DNA of 62,869 bases from Candidatus Hermodarchaeota archaeon (GCA_048885525.1 JBHLLP010000018.1:1-62869), one strand, 5' to 3'; numbered from the stretch's first letter, positions 1 to 10,702 are shown. Program-made: numbers and translations. The notes: a model not told the origin generated them from the sequence alone.

Positions 1-112
1 TGAGGAATGTACAAAATAATTAGATTCTAAAAAGTTAGGATTTAATGTTTGAAATAAAGAAAATTATAACAAGAAATTTGTATTAAATTTTTTAAAAATT
101 ATATTTAAAATT

Positions 113-325
113 TTATTCAAAATAGTTCAAAAAAGAACGAGTAAAATCTTTTACTAAGGAATTATCAATTTCACCGAATTTGTACTTTCCATGTGGCATC
201 TTCTTTTCCCGAATTGAGAAGTGACGCTTTAAAGAAAGTTCAAAATCATTTATAGCTAAACTATTTTCTTCTGCGAATTTTATCTCACCAAATTTTAATA
301 AAAAGTCCGGATTCATAATACTCAA
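113..325 (-). CDS. Small hypothetical protein (70 aa)
   Basis: ORF preceded by a GAGGTGA ribosome-binding site; KFGEI occurs twice; no family recognised. Confidence 0.5.
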   Translation of the reverse strand: MSIMNPDFLLKFGEIKFAEENSLAINDFELSLKRHFSIREKKMPHGKYKFGEIDNSLVKDFTRSFLNYFE

Positions 326-464
326 CTATTTTTCACCTCAATTGATTATGTTTTATTCAAATGTTTTTTTAATTAAATAATTATTTTTATTATTAAAGAT
401 AAATAACTATATAAATCTTTTCCTACACTTGCGAAGGTTAAAATTTCTTGGTTTTTACCGAATC

Positions 465-489
465 TTCATTCACTGAATGAACGTTCATT
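465..489. promoter_or_regulatory. Overlapping palindromes, candidate TetR-family operator
   Basis: TTCATTCA-C-TGAATGAA (465-481) overlaps the perfect palindrome AATGAACGTTCATT (476-489), upstream of the TetR gene. Confidence 0.45.
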
Positions 490-812
490 AGTTTTTTTAT
501 TATCTTTATTATTCAACGAAAAATTCGATAAAGATATAAAATTAACACTTTTGTATTAATTCCCATAATTTTCCCGCCCTTCACCTCTCTTTTTTACGCT
601 CTCCATAAATTGTATTTCCCTTCTTGCTATTTATAGATAGATATAGTTATTGAAGATTAGAAGATTATAGAATTCCCAAAAACATAATAAATCTATAGAA
701 TTTTTAAAAGTAAAAAATAATAAATTTTAACATAATTTCTTAAAATGTAATAATAATTTTAAGGAATTTTGAAATTTTATGAATTGTACATTATTTTGTG
801 AGCTGATTGTAA

Positions 813-1427
813 GTGTCTTTAAGAGAAAAAAAGTCTGAAATAATAAAGAAGGAAAAGAGAAATCTATTTATAATCTCATCTCTTTCAGTTTTTGAAGAAA
901 AAGGATTTAACAACACTCGAATAAAAGATATCACAAAAAAGGCAGGTACTTCCGTAGGAAACTTCTATAATTATTTTAAAAGTAAAGAGGAAGTAATCGA
1001 GGTTTTAATCAGTGGATTAGCTGACCTTATGATCAGTAAATTTAAAGAATTATTCGTTTATTTTAAGCAAAATAGAATTCCCCCAATCTCTGCGGTTAAA
1101 AATCTTTTTCGGGGTTATGCAAAAATGTTTAGAGCAAAAAAGGAGACTTTTTTAATTTTCTTTGAGCAAATGGGGGGAATGGATCAAAAGTATAGAATCA
1201 AAAGAAATGAGATTCTTGACAATTTTACGGAAGAAGTTGAAAAAATTATCTCAAGATTAATAGAATTCGGAGCTCGTAATCAAAATCCTAAAATAACAGC
1301 TAGAGTTTGGACATCTACCGTACTTGGAGTATTTATTTGGTGGATTCGTAGTAACTTCGAACTTGAAGAAGAAGAGCTTATTGAAAATTTAACAGGTGTT
1401 CTTGTCAAAGGAACAATGTCAAATTAA
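813..1427 (+). CDS. TetR/AcrR family transcriptional regulator
   Basis: N-terminal HTH FEEKGFNNTRIKDITKKAGTSVGNFYNYFKSKEE. Confidence 0.93.
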   Translation: MSLREKKSEIIKKEKRNLFIISSLSVFEEKGFNNTRIKDITKKAGTSVGNFYNYFKSKEEVIEVLISGLADLMISKFKELFVYFKQNRIPPISAVKNLFRGYAKMFRAKKETFLIFFEQMGGMDQKYRIKRNEILDNFTEEVEKIISRLIEFGARNQNPKITARVWTSTVLGVFIWWIRSNFELEEEELIENLTGVLVKGTMSN

Positions 1428-1525
1428 TTTAATGAACAATTTAAAACAACAGTTATAATTATAAGTAATATATTTAAATTATATTTGGAGAAACCACATT
1501 TTAAAATTATTTGAATTGACTTAAA

Positions 1526-2473
1526 ATGAATAAAAAATTAGATGATAGAACTTACTTAAAATTTCTTTTGCAGTATTTAGGAGTTGATGATTTAAAACAA
1601 ATATGTAGAGATTTTGATATAAAAGGATTTTCAAAATTAAAAAAATTAGAGTTGATAGACTTTATCCTTGATTCATTAGCAGAAGAAGAATTTAAGGAGC
1701 TTTTGCAACAGAAAGAAGTTGAAATTATTTCTGCTGGAATTGATTTAGCTATTAAGAAAATTAACGGTGAAGATAGGGAAAGTGTTACTGAAATCAAGAT
1801 TGTAAATCCAAGTAATCATGAAATCGAGTTAAAATTTAAAGGATGGAATTGGGAAACACAATCTTATTTATCTATTAATCCAAAAAATATTGCAAATCCT
1901 GAACGTGACTGTGATTGCAGAATAGGGGAGAATTTGGGATTTTGTAGTCATTTTTGGGTTGGCTTCATCTATTCTTTAAAGCAAAATTGGTTCAAACTTG
2001 ATGATTGGACTTTAACAGTTCTACCTGATGATTTTGAAAAAAAAATTAAGACTATAAAACTTATTGAAGCTCAATTAGGTGAAAAAGGGGATATTAAAGA
2101 AAAAGCAGCAGTTTTAGTTGACGAATCATCTTCAGGTGCAAAGTTAATGAAATATCTTAATTCTTCAATAACAGTCTATGAAGCAGATATTACAGAAATT
2201 GTTGAAAAGGAATCTGAATTCCAAGGAAATATAACAATATTTTATATGGCTTCACTTAATAATCTCAAATTTGGGCCTAAATTGAAAAAAACAAGCGATT
2301 ATCGTGAAGAAGATACCGAACATGTTGAAAATATAAAGGTACGAATAAGTCAAAAATTGCAGAGTGAAAATAGTTTCACAAAAGGAGATAAAATCAGTTT
2401 TAGTGGAAAACTGGTAAAAGATAATTTCTGGGGTTATACAGTTAAGAATGTTAGATCGATTAAAAAGCAATAA
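1526..2473 (+). CDS. Putative nucleic-acid-binding protein: SAP/Rho-N-like HEH + SWIM zinc finger + OB-fold-like C-terminus
   Basis: LGVDDLKQICRDFDIKGFSKLKKLELIDFIL (HEH-like); CDC-x8-CSH (SWIM); C-terminal beta-rich GDKISFSGKL segment. Confidence 0.65.
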   Translation: MNKKLDDRTYLKFLLQYLGVDDLKQICRDFDIKGFSKLKKLELIDFILDSLAEEEFKELLQQKEVEIISAGIDLAIKKINGEDRESVTEIKIVNPSNHEIELKFKGWNWETQSYLSINPKNIANPERDCDCRIGENLGFCSHFWVGFIYSLKQNWFKLDDWTLTVLPDDFEKKIKTIKLIEAQLGEKGDIKEKAAVLVDESSSGAKLMKYLNSSITVYEADITEIVEKESEFQGNITIFYMASLNNLKFGPKLKKTSDYREEDTEHVENIKVRISQKLQSENSFTKGDKISFSGKLVKDNFWGYTVKNVRSIKKQ

Positions 2474-2591
2474 ATAGCATATTTACATTCTATAGCATTT
2501 TTTTCCTAGAATTAATTTCATTATTTTAATTTAGCAAAATTTTAAATTCTTTATATCTAAGAATTTAACAATTAAAATTTATTGAATTGAT

Positions 2592-3443
2592 ATGTTAAAC
2601 TCTATGCAAGGGAAATTTTGCCTTATAACTGGAGCAAACTCTGGGATTGGTAAAGCAACAGCAATTGGATTAGCCAAATTGAATGCTCACATAGTAATGC
2701 TCTGTCGTGATAAAACTCGAGGTGAGGAAGCTAAGTCAGAAATCATAACTGAAAGTGGTAATGAATCAATTGACTTATTATTAGCAGATCTTGCTTCACA
2801 ACAATCAATACGACAATTTGTGGCAGAATTACAGATGAAATATGACAAATTGCATATTCTAATAAATAATGCAGGAGTTAATCCTAGCAAGCGATATGAA
2901 ACTGTTGATGGTTTAGAAAAAACGTTTGCTATAAACACTTTAGCTCCTTTTTTATTAACAAATCTACTCTTACCTACAATCAAAAATAGCATTCCTGCTA
3001 GAATAATTAATGTTGCCTCAGCAGTACAAAGTAAATCTATTAACTTTGAAAATCTCCAATTTAATAAGCACTTTCGGTCTTGGAAGACATATTCTCAATC
3101 TAAAACAGCACTTATAATTATCACCTATGAATTTGCTAGAAGATTAAACGGTAGTGGGGTTACTGTAAATTGTCTTCATCCTGGAGGTGTGAAAACCAAT
3201 ATTATTCAGGATTACAAAGGAATAATTAAATTTTTTACAAAGATCATCTTTAGTTTTGCTAAAAATCCTGAAGAGGGAGCGAAAACTTCTATTTACCTCG
3301 CATCATCACCAAAAGTAGAAAAAGTAAGCGGAAAATATTTTATTGATAAAAAAGAAGCTAAATCAAAAGATGTAACTTATAATAAGTCTATAGCAGAAAG
3401 ACTTTGGAATATTTGTGCTGAACTAACAAATTTTGCTACATAA
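2592..3443 (+). CDS. Short-chain dehydrogenase/reductase (retinol dehydrogenase-like)
   Basis: TGANSGIG, NNAG, YSQSK catalytic motif, LHPGGVKT. Confidence 0.93.
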   Translation: MLNSMQGKFCLITGANSGIGKATAIGLAKLNAHIVMLCRDKTRGEEAKSEIITESGNESIDLLLADLASQQSIRQFVAELQMKYDKLHILINNAGVNPSKRYETVDGLEKTFAINTLAPFLLTNLLLPTIKNSIPARIINVASAVQSKSINFENLQFNKHFRSWKTYSQSKTALIIITYEFARRLNGSGVTVNCLHPGGVKTNIIQDYKGIIKFFTKIIFSFAKNPEEGAKTSIYLASSPKVEKVSGKYFIDKKEAKSKDVTYNKSIAERLWNICAELTNFAT

Positions 3444-3502
3444 GAAGTAGCTTTTATTAATATTATTATATATTCCTATATACTCTCCAATAATTATGAA
3501 TT

Positions 3503-4888
3503 TTAACTGTAGGGATATTTAAGTTTCAAAGAATCTGTAAGATTTTGTAATTTTTCTGATATTTTGAGTTTGAAAAGATGAGCTTCTTCTAATTTCATAT
3601 ATGGACTGGGTAATCTTTTAATATTGTCTATATAAAATCTCTGAATATCGTCCAATTTTGGCTGTTTTGTTATTAATTCTCCATTCCTCATAACCGGAAT
3701 TAGTAGTGCCTCTGAATTGGGAGGTGCAGGTTCATCATCAAGACATAGTATATCTTCTTTAAATTTGTCATTTTTATCGTAAATTCTATAAACTTGTTTT
3801 TTTCCTGGATATGTCAATTTTTTTTCACTAATTTTAATCTTCGGCATTCCATTATATTCTATTAATTTGTAGACTCCCGCAATTGTTGGATCATCTCGAG
3901 ACGTTGCTAATTCAGTTCCTACACCAAAAGCATCAATTGGAGCCTCTTTATCAATAATCTCTTTTATTTTATATTCATTTAAATCTGAACTTGCTACAAT
4001 TAACACTTTGTCACATCCGTTTTCATCTAAAATTTTTCGAACATTTTTAGCATGGTCAATTAGATCACCAGAATCTATTCTTACTCCCATTATTTCATTT
4101 CCAAATTTGCAGGATTTCTGAGCTGCTATTTCCGTATCATATGTATCTATCAAAAGAATCGAGTTTTTTCCATAAATTTTATAATATGATTCAAAACTGT
4201 CTAATTCATTGTCAAATTTTTGTACATAGCTATGAGCCATAGTACCAGTAGAATTAATTCCTAGTTCGAGATCCGCGATTACATTACTAGTACCATTAAA
4301 TCCAGCAATATAACTTGCTCTGGCAGCATATACCCCCGCTAAAGGACTATGTGATCTTCTTGTACCGAACTCAAGAAAAACTTTATCTGGAGCGACATTT
4401 TTAATTCTTGATGCTTTAGATGCTACAAGGGTTTGGAAATTAATTACATTAAGTAAATAAGTTTCTGCCATTTGAGCATGAAATATTGGTCCTTGAACTC
4501 TCATTATTGGTTCGTTGGGAAAGAAAAAATTTCCTTCTCTCATTGTCCATAGGTCTATGTTAAACTTAAAATTAGGTAAGTACTCATCAAAAAATTGTGA
4601 ATCAATTTTTTTAAAAACTTCCTTGTTTCTTAAAAATTCAATTGTTCTTTCTGTAAATCTAGCATTAAGTAGGTAATGGAGTGCTTGTTCCAAACCTGCA
4701 AAAATTAAATAATTCCTATTTCTCGGAAATTTTCTAATAAATAACTCAAAAGTAGCAATATCATTAATCTCATCAATATTATTTTCAAGGTTATATTGAT
4801 AATATGCGGCTCCCATTGTTAATTGATAAAAGTCTGTTGCAAGAATCATGTTCAAATTATTTATAAAACCAGAGTTCATAATATTCAT
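3503..4888 (-). CDS. pncB: Nicotinate phosphoribosyltransferase
   Basis: TDFYQLTM, EFGTRR, GTMAHS, LIDTYD, GVRIDSGD, FGVGT motifs. Confidence 0.95.
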   Translation of the reverse strand: MNIMNSGFINNLNMILATDFYQLTMGAAYYQYNLENNIDEINDIATFELFIRKFPRNRNYLIFAGLEQALHYLLNARFTERTIEFLRNKEVFKKIDSQFFDEYLPNFKFNIDLWTMREGNFFFPNEPIMRVQGPIFHAQMAETYLLNVINFQTLVASKASRIKNVAPDKVFLEFGTRRSHSPLAGVYAARASYIAGFNGTSNVIADLELGINSTGTMAHSYVQKFDNELDSFESYYKIYGKNSILLIDTYDTEIAAQKSCKFGNEIMGVRIDSGDLIDHAKNVRKILDENGCDKVLIVASSDLNEYKIKEIIDKEAPIDAFGVGTELATSRDDPTIAGVYKLIEYNGMPKIKISEKKLTYPGKKQVYRIYDKNDKFKEDILCLDDEPAPPNSEALLIPVMRNGELITKQPKLDDIQRFYIDNIKRLPSPYMKLEEAHLFKLKISEKLQNLTDSLKLKYPYS

Positions 4889-5319
4889 TTCTTATTCATC
4901 AGAATTATTATAATTTCCTTAAATATTTACTTTATTTTCATTATTATAAAGATTTGCGGGAATCTGGATAATTTCTGTAAAGGATTAAAAGAAAATAATC
5001 ACATTATAAGATTTAATTTTCAATTATTTTTTGGATTAATAAAGCAGTTATTTTACGAGGTTATATAGATTTTCTATTCTAGAAAAATAGTTATAAAAAA
5101 AAGAAAGTAATTTTAAGTTATTTTAAATTTGAAGAATACTATAAAATCATACTAGAGCCAGAGAAAAAATCGTTTTTAAGTTTATTAACAAATAATATTC
5201 GTAAACATAGGAAAAGTAGAAAAAGCTTTAAAAATCTTCAAAATTAATCTTTGTTTAAACACTTATTTTAATAAATAAGACGATACATTTATAAAAATGT
5301 CAACAGAAAACGTGATTAT

Positions 5320-7056
5320 ATGTACCATTTAGACGATGATGAATATTTAAACGTACCTTATTATCGAAAAACTAGAAGCATTTGCCCAGAATGTTTAGAA
5401 CCCATTGATGCAGAAGTTTATGAAGAAGATGATCAAATTTGGATGAAAAAATCATGTGAAGAACATGGATCATTCAAAGATAAACTTAGCTCAAGCGCTA
5501 AATATTACAAGTGGACACATTGGGCTATAAAAGGTAAAAATGGAAAGGTTATTTGGCAATTTGATAAAGATGGTGAGGCGAATCCTCCAGATTGTGTTGG
5601 TGAGGATCCAAGGGGTTGTCCCTATAATTGTGGTTTATGTGATCAACATCTTTCAACCTGTTCATTAGCGTTAATAGATCTTACAAATCGCTGTAATTTT
5701 AATTGTAATTTTTGTTATGCAAATGTCCTCCAATCAGGATATCTTGTAGAACCTACTTTAGAAGAAATTGACAGAATAATGAAACATTTTAGAAGTAAAC
5801 CAATCCCAGCTGTAGCTATCATGTTTACAGGAGGAGAGCCAACAGTTCGGAAAGATTTTCCTGAAATTTGCAAGATGGCTAAGGATAATGGATTTAAAGA
5901 AGTTATTGTAGCTACAAATGGCTATGGATTTCAAAAGAAAAATGGCGGTCTTGAATGGACTAAAAAAGTAAAAAAAGCAGGTTTAGACACATTATACTTC
6001 CAATTTGATGGAATTAATGATGTTACCTACGAAAAAACCAGAGGCATTAAAAATCTTATGGCATACAAACAGCGAGTTATCGAAAATTGTCGCAAAGCTG
6101 GATTAGATTCTATTGTCCTAGTTGCTACAATTGCTAAAGGGGTTACTGATATTGAGGTAGGTAATATAATTCAATATGCTATTGATAACGTTGATGTTGT
6201 ACGTGGTATTACTTTTCAACCAGTATCTCTTTGCGGGCGTATAGCATATGAGGAAAGAGAAGAATTAAGAATCACTAATGCTGATGTGCTCAAGATTATC
6301 GAACAGCAAACTGCAGGCAAGATTAGCATGGAGAATGCGTGGTATCCTCTAACAACTATTGTAGAATTCGGCAGAGTCATAGCCTATTTGGCAGATGTTG
6401 AGCCAATAGAATTCACATGTCATCCTGATTGTGGTTTTGCAAGTTACATGGTAGTAGATCCAGACTCGGGAGAAATGATGCCAATTATGGAATATTTTGA
6501 TCCTTTAAAAGTAATAGATTTTGCAAACCGCTTCTGGGATAAGATTAAACATAAAGAAAGGAAACCACTTAGACTATTTGAAGATTTATTAGGAGATTTT
6601 GGTAAAACACTTGACAAAGGGTTAAACTTTTTGGATAAAACTCAGTTACGTGCTAGGTTCCTTTTAGGTGTATTACAATATATGAAAAAACCAGGAAAGC
6701 TTATGGAAATGTTCTCAAGGCTTTTAATGCGTGGAGATTGGGAGAGTGTTAGCTCTTTTAGCTATGGAGCACTATTACTCTCTAGTATGCACTTTCAAGA
6801 TGCTTATAACATGGACCTTGAAAGAGCAAAGAGATGCATAGTACACTTCGGTATCGCAATGCCAGATGGAAGTGTAAAAGAAATTAGTTTTTGTACAATG
6901 AACACCATTCATAGACCTATTATTGAGAAACAAATTGCCAAAAAAGTTACCGCAAAAGTAAGGGATGAATTTGATACATCCACAGGTCAAGCTATGGAAG
7001 AGATCGAACAGGAAATAGCACGTAATGGTGGAATCAAGAAGGAGGAGAAAGTCTAA
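5320..7056 (+). CDS. tes: Tetraether lipid synthase (GDGT macrocyclase; MJ0619-like radical SAM enzyme)
   Basis: N-terminal CPEC...CEEHG metal site, GCPYNCGLC, radical SAM CNFNCNFC, TCHPDCG, MHFQDAYNMDLERAKRCIVH...FCTMN. Confidence 0.88.
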   Translation: MYHLDDDEYLNVPYYRKTRSICPECLEPIDAEVYEEDDQIWMKKSCEEHGSFKDKLSSSAKYYKWTHWAIKGKNGKVIWQFDKDGEANPPDCVGEDPRGCPYNCGLCDQHLSTCSLALIDLTNRCNFNCNFCYANVLQSGYLVEPTLEEIDRIMKHFRSKPIPAVAIMFTGGEPTVRKDFPEICKMAKDNGFKEVIVATNGYGFQKKNGGLEWTKKVKKAGLDTLYFQFDGINDVTYEKTRGIKNLMAYKQRVIENCRKAGLDSIVLVATIAKGVTDIEVGNIIQYAIDNVDVVRGITFQPVSLCGRIAYEEREELRITNADVLKIIEQQTAGKISMENAWYPLTTIVEFGRVIAYLADVEPIEFTCHPDCGFASYMVVDPDSGEMMPIMEYFDPLKVIDFANRFWDKIKHKERKPLRLFEDLLGDFGKTLDKGLNFLDKTQLRARFLLGVLQYMKKPGKLMEMFSRLLMRGDWESVSSFSYGALLLSSMHFQDAYNMDLERAKRCIVHFGIAMPDGSVKEISFCTMNTIHRPIIEKQIAKKVTAKVRDEFDTSTGQAMEEIEQEIARNGGIKKEEKV

Positions 7057-7344
7057 ATGCCCGAAGAATTCATTGAAGATAAAAATGGGATGAAAATCCG
7101 TAAACTGGCGGAGCTAAGAACTGTCACTAATAAAGATTATGAAGAAGCTATGATTAGGCGAGTAGATGAATTCAAGGAGCAAAAAAAGGAAAAATCTCAG
7201 TTTAACGATGTCCTTCAAAATACGTTTTTTAAAGCTTTAAGTACTGCTTTCGATTTAAAAGTCCAAGTTGATAAAGCACTTGGAGAGGAGAACTTAAAGA
7301 AACTTCATAAAGCTATAGATGACATTCTTTTATTAGGGTTATAG
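7057..7344 (+). CDS. Hypothetical helical protein directly abutting tes
   Basis: ATG immediately follows the tes stop codon; GGAGGAG upstream. Confidence 0.75.
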   Translation: MPEEFIEDKNGMKIRKLAELRTVTNKDYEEAMIRRVDEFKEQKKEKSQFNDVLQNTFFKALSTAFDLKVQVDKALGEENLKKLHKAIDDILLLGL

Positions 7345-7459
7345 TTTTTCAAGAAATCCTATTTTTTTTAATTTAGCATTTTTTTCAACATTCATATTTC
7401 ATATCTTATTAGTTTAAAATTATAAATAGTCAAAAGAGAAATAATAATTAAACAGATTT

Positions 7460-8752
7460 TTGTTGATAGCTCTTATGACTAAAAATAATAATGAGAAATC
7501 AAGCGAGAGGTCAAACTCATACTTTAAAAATCTCTTATTAGTGTTAATGTTTGTGCAAATTCTTGACTCTTACGTAACTTTAGTTCCTGGAGCAATTCCT
7601 TCTGCAATTGCAGGAGAATTTCTAACTGGTTTGACACCAAATGTACAGAATTCCATTATGGCATTTGCGAGTGGACTAGTCTCGAGTGGTATGATGTTAC
7701 TCTTTTTCAGTCAATATTTGACTGATAAACTTGGAAGAAAGAAAATGTTAGCCATTACAGTCCTAGGAATGGCACTCGCATCATTAGGCATGTTATTATC
7801 AGTAAATTATGTCATGTATATGATTTTCGTATTTTTCTTGAACTTTTTCTTTAGCAGTGATATTTGGTTTATTTATATAAATGAAGAAGTAAAACCAAAC
7901 AAACGCGCATATTATTCGAATATAATACTGATGGTTGGATTATTTGGCGCGATAACAATGGTGATTTGTCGCCTAATTTTTATCAAGGAAGATAATCCCT
8001 TTTGGAGAGGGATGACATACGTTCCCATTATTTTAGGAATAATACTCTGTATAGTTATTATCTTAAAGTTAAAAGAGACTTTAAAATTTCAGATGATGAG
8101 AGAAAGTGGTGTTAAAGAAAAAAGATCTTTTAAGGAAGATATAGCATCTATTTTTAAAACAGAAAATCGTCAATCATATATATTCTTATTAGTTATTGTT
8201 CTATTACGCGGAGGATCATCAATATACTTAAGTCTTTTTGAAAAATATATAGATGATGTAGGGAGACTTAATCAGGATCAAGTGACAAGCATTTTTTTTT
8301 TAACTGTATTTACTGTTCTGATAGCTTACGGTATAAATGGATTTCTTGCTGATCGAATTGGAAGAAAACCTTTACTTTACCTCTGGTTTTCTTTAGCACC
8401 AATATCAGTATTCATATGGGTATACGGAGCCAATAATCTTGAAAATGCCTATGTTCTTGTTATGATTGGTTATGCTTTAAGTCATATTGCGTTCTGGGGT
8501 TCTATTGGTATTATTAGGCTTATAACAGTCGAATCCCTTCCTACTGACAGAAGAGGAACAGGTGTGGGATTTCGAAGTTTCATAGGTGCTTTAGGAGGTA
8601 CAATTGGATTGTTATTAAGTAGCGCAGTTATTATAGTTCTAGGGTTAGGTATCACATTTATAATATTTGTAATGGGAAATTTCGTAGTCATCCCCTTGGC
8701 TGCCTTATATCTTAAGGAGACAAAAGGAGTTGAATTATCCGAAATTAAATAA
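7460..8752 (+). CDS. MFS transporter
   Basis: About 12 TM segments; motif A copies TDKLGRKK and ADRIGRKP; ESLPTDRRGTG. Confidence 0.92.
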   Translation: MLIALMTKNNNEKSSERSNSYFKNLLLVLMFVQILDSYVTLVPGAIPSAIAGEFLTGLTPNVQNSIMAFASGLVSSGMMLLFFSQYLTDKLGRKKMLAITVLGMALASLGMLLSVNYVMYMIFVFFLNFFFSSDIWFIYINEEVKPNKRAYYSNIILMVGLFGAITMVICRLIFIKEDNPFWRGMTYVPIILGIILCIVIILKLKETLKFQMMRESGVKEKRSFKEDIASIFKTENRQSYIFLLVIVLLRGGSSIYLSLFEKYIDDVGRLNQDQVTSIFFLTVFTVLIAYGINGFLADRIGRKPLLYLWFSLAPISVFIWVYGANNLENAYVLVMIGYALSHIAFWGSIGIIRLITVESLPTDRRGTGVGFRSFIGALGGTIGLLLSSAVIIVLGLGITFIIFVMGNFVVIPLAALYLKETKGVELSEIK

Positions 8753-8876
8753 ACTTGAAATTAAATACTCTATTTTTTTTGATTATTTTTAAATATAAGA
8801 GAAAATTAGATTACTCTAAATTAATCAAATATTCTCCGAGATTTAATTAATCTGCACTAAAAAAGGTACATTATTT

Positions 8877-9476
8877 ATGACTATTATATTTCAATATACA
8901 ATACCCAATTTTTTTATGATAATCCAAGCTATTTTGTCTATTTTATCTTATGCATTCTTATTTTATGGGGGGAGATCACTTCAAAGTACTAGAGAGTCAT
9001 ACATACGTTCAGATTTGTTTATTAAAGGTGGTATTATAAGTATAATTCTTTTTATTATTCGATTATGTTTTCCTGGATGGACTGCTTATAATCTCACTCC
9101 CGAGGAAACACAATTGATATTTATTCTTACAATCTTATTTTCTTTACCTGACTACTTGATATATATAGTGGTTTATGGTATTTTTTTCATGGTCATAGGA
9201 TTTAATAATAAATCGAATTATGGTTATTTTCTATTAAGTGCAGGAATATTATTTATCTTAAGAACAATTTTTGGGATTCTCAGTTATTTCTCCATTAATT
9301 ATGCTGATAACAGAGGTATGATTGTTATTAATCATTTCTGGACCTATTTTTCAGTATCTGCTATGGTGATTTTTCTAATCTATACTCTCTTAATAAATGA
9401 AAAATGGCTTAGTGTATCAGGAGTTTCTTTAATAGCAAATCATTTGATATCTATATTTTATATTTATTTAATCTAA
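8877..9476 (+). CDS. Hypothetical membrane protein (about 6 TM)
   Basis: Hydrophobic segments only; no family recognised. Confidence 0.7.
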   Translation: MTIIFQYTIPNFFMIIQAILSILSYAFLFYGGRSLQSTRESYIRSDLFIKGGIISIILFIIRLCFPGWTAYNLTPEETQLIFILTILFSLPDYLIYIVVYGIFFMVIGFNNKSNYGYFLLSAGILFILRTIFGILSYFSINYADNRGMIVINHFWTYFSVSAMVIFLIYTLLINEKWLSVSGVSLIANHLISIFYIYLI

Positions 9477-9521
9477 TTATATCAAAGATAATATTGAGAT
9501 GGTAACTTAGTTAACATTATC

Positions 9522-10604
9522 ATGGTCTATAATATTCTCACTTTACCAGTGACTTTTTTTTATATGATTAACGGGTTTGCTCACCTATATTATGCTTTAA
9601 AGTTAAAGAAGAAGTATCCAGATCATAATTTCATTAATTCCATTTTGATTTTTATATTATGGATTGCTGCTGGTGCTGTGTATCCTTTATTCTTTCCTAG
9701 AGATACAGTTCAAGTAAGATGGTTTGAAGGATTAGCTCTTCAAATTATATGCATATACGCCCCATTATTGATTTCTTTTATTTTATATTATCAACATCAA
9801 TTTGTATTGAAGAAAAATCCACAACTAAGAGAAAAGAGAACCATAAATAAATTTACAGAGGGATTTAGTCTAATGGACATAAAAAATCTCAATAATAGAA
9901 AGGAAGCTTTAAAAACAGATATCCATAGAAAAGCATTTCATCTATTGCCAGCAGTAATTATTATTTTTTTATGGATTTTTGCTGTATATATCTGGGATAA
10001 TCTCTGGCATGCTGATCAATTTTGGGGGATTTCTGGGACAGAATATGGCATTTTCTTAATATTGACAGTTGGCTATACTGGAATTATTATATTTGCTGCT
10101 TTAGATTATCTTCGTTTATCGCATATTTTTAATAAAAGGAATATTTATCATTTACTTCCAACCCGTATTTCCAATACGTTGGGAAAAACATTAAAAAAGA
10201 ATGAGATTTATGAATTTACTCGACCTGTTGCATTGGTATTATCACTAGTACCTACATTGTTCCTTCCATTTGGGCTTTTTACTACTATAGCACTAATTGC
10301 CACTTTAGGTGACGGTGCTGCATCTATATTTGGACTCAGATTTGGTAGAATTCACATCCCAAAATCTTCTAATAAGACCTTGATTGGATACATATCTGGA
10401 TTTATTGTATCATTTGGGATTAGTCTTCTAATATTATGGATCTTTGAACAAAAATCTCTTAATATTTTAAACATTGTCATAATTGGATTAGCTGGGGCTA
10501 TAACCTTTTTAATAATTGATATTTTAAATCTCAAAATAGACGACAACATTACAAATCCATTACTCTGTGCGTTAATAATGGGTTTATTATATATATATTT
10601 ATGA
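9522..10604 (+). CDS. CTP-dependent kinase, dolichol kinase/phytol kinase/DGK1 family, with extra N-terminal TM region
   Basis: RKAFHLL, GDGAASIFGLRFG, KTLIG, DDNITNP motifs. Confidence 0.8.
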   Translation: MVYNILTLPVTFFYMINGFAHLYYALKLKKKYPDHNFINSILIFILWIAAGAVYPLFFPRDTVQVRWFEGLALQIICIYAPLLISFILYYQHQFVLKKNPQLREKRTINKFTEGFSLMDIKNLNNRKEALKTDIHRKAFHLLPAVIIIFLWIFAVYIWDNLWHADQFWGISGTEYGIFLILTVGYTGIIIFAALDYLRLSHIFNKRNIYHLLPTRISNTLGKTLKKNEIYEFTRPVALVLSLVPTLFLPFGLFTTIALIATLGDGAASIFGLRFGRIHIPKSSNKTLIGYISGFIVSFGISLLILWIFEQKSLNILNIVIIGLAGAITFLIIDILNLKIDDNITNPLLCALIMGLLYIYL

Positions 10605-10702
10605 GGAAAGTTATAATTTAAAAAAAAAGTTATAATCATTTATATAAAATGTTATCATTAATGAGAAAACATTTGAAAGGGGACAGAATAAAAGGATTTA
10701 AG

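Noticed and set aside
4823-5068. 81-aa ORF in the pncB/tes divergent region
   Set aside because: Ile/Phe/Asn-rich translation typical of AT-rich intergenic DNA, and it overlaps the pncB start.
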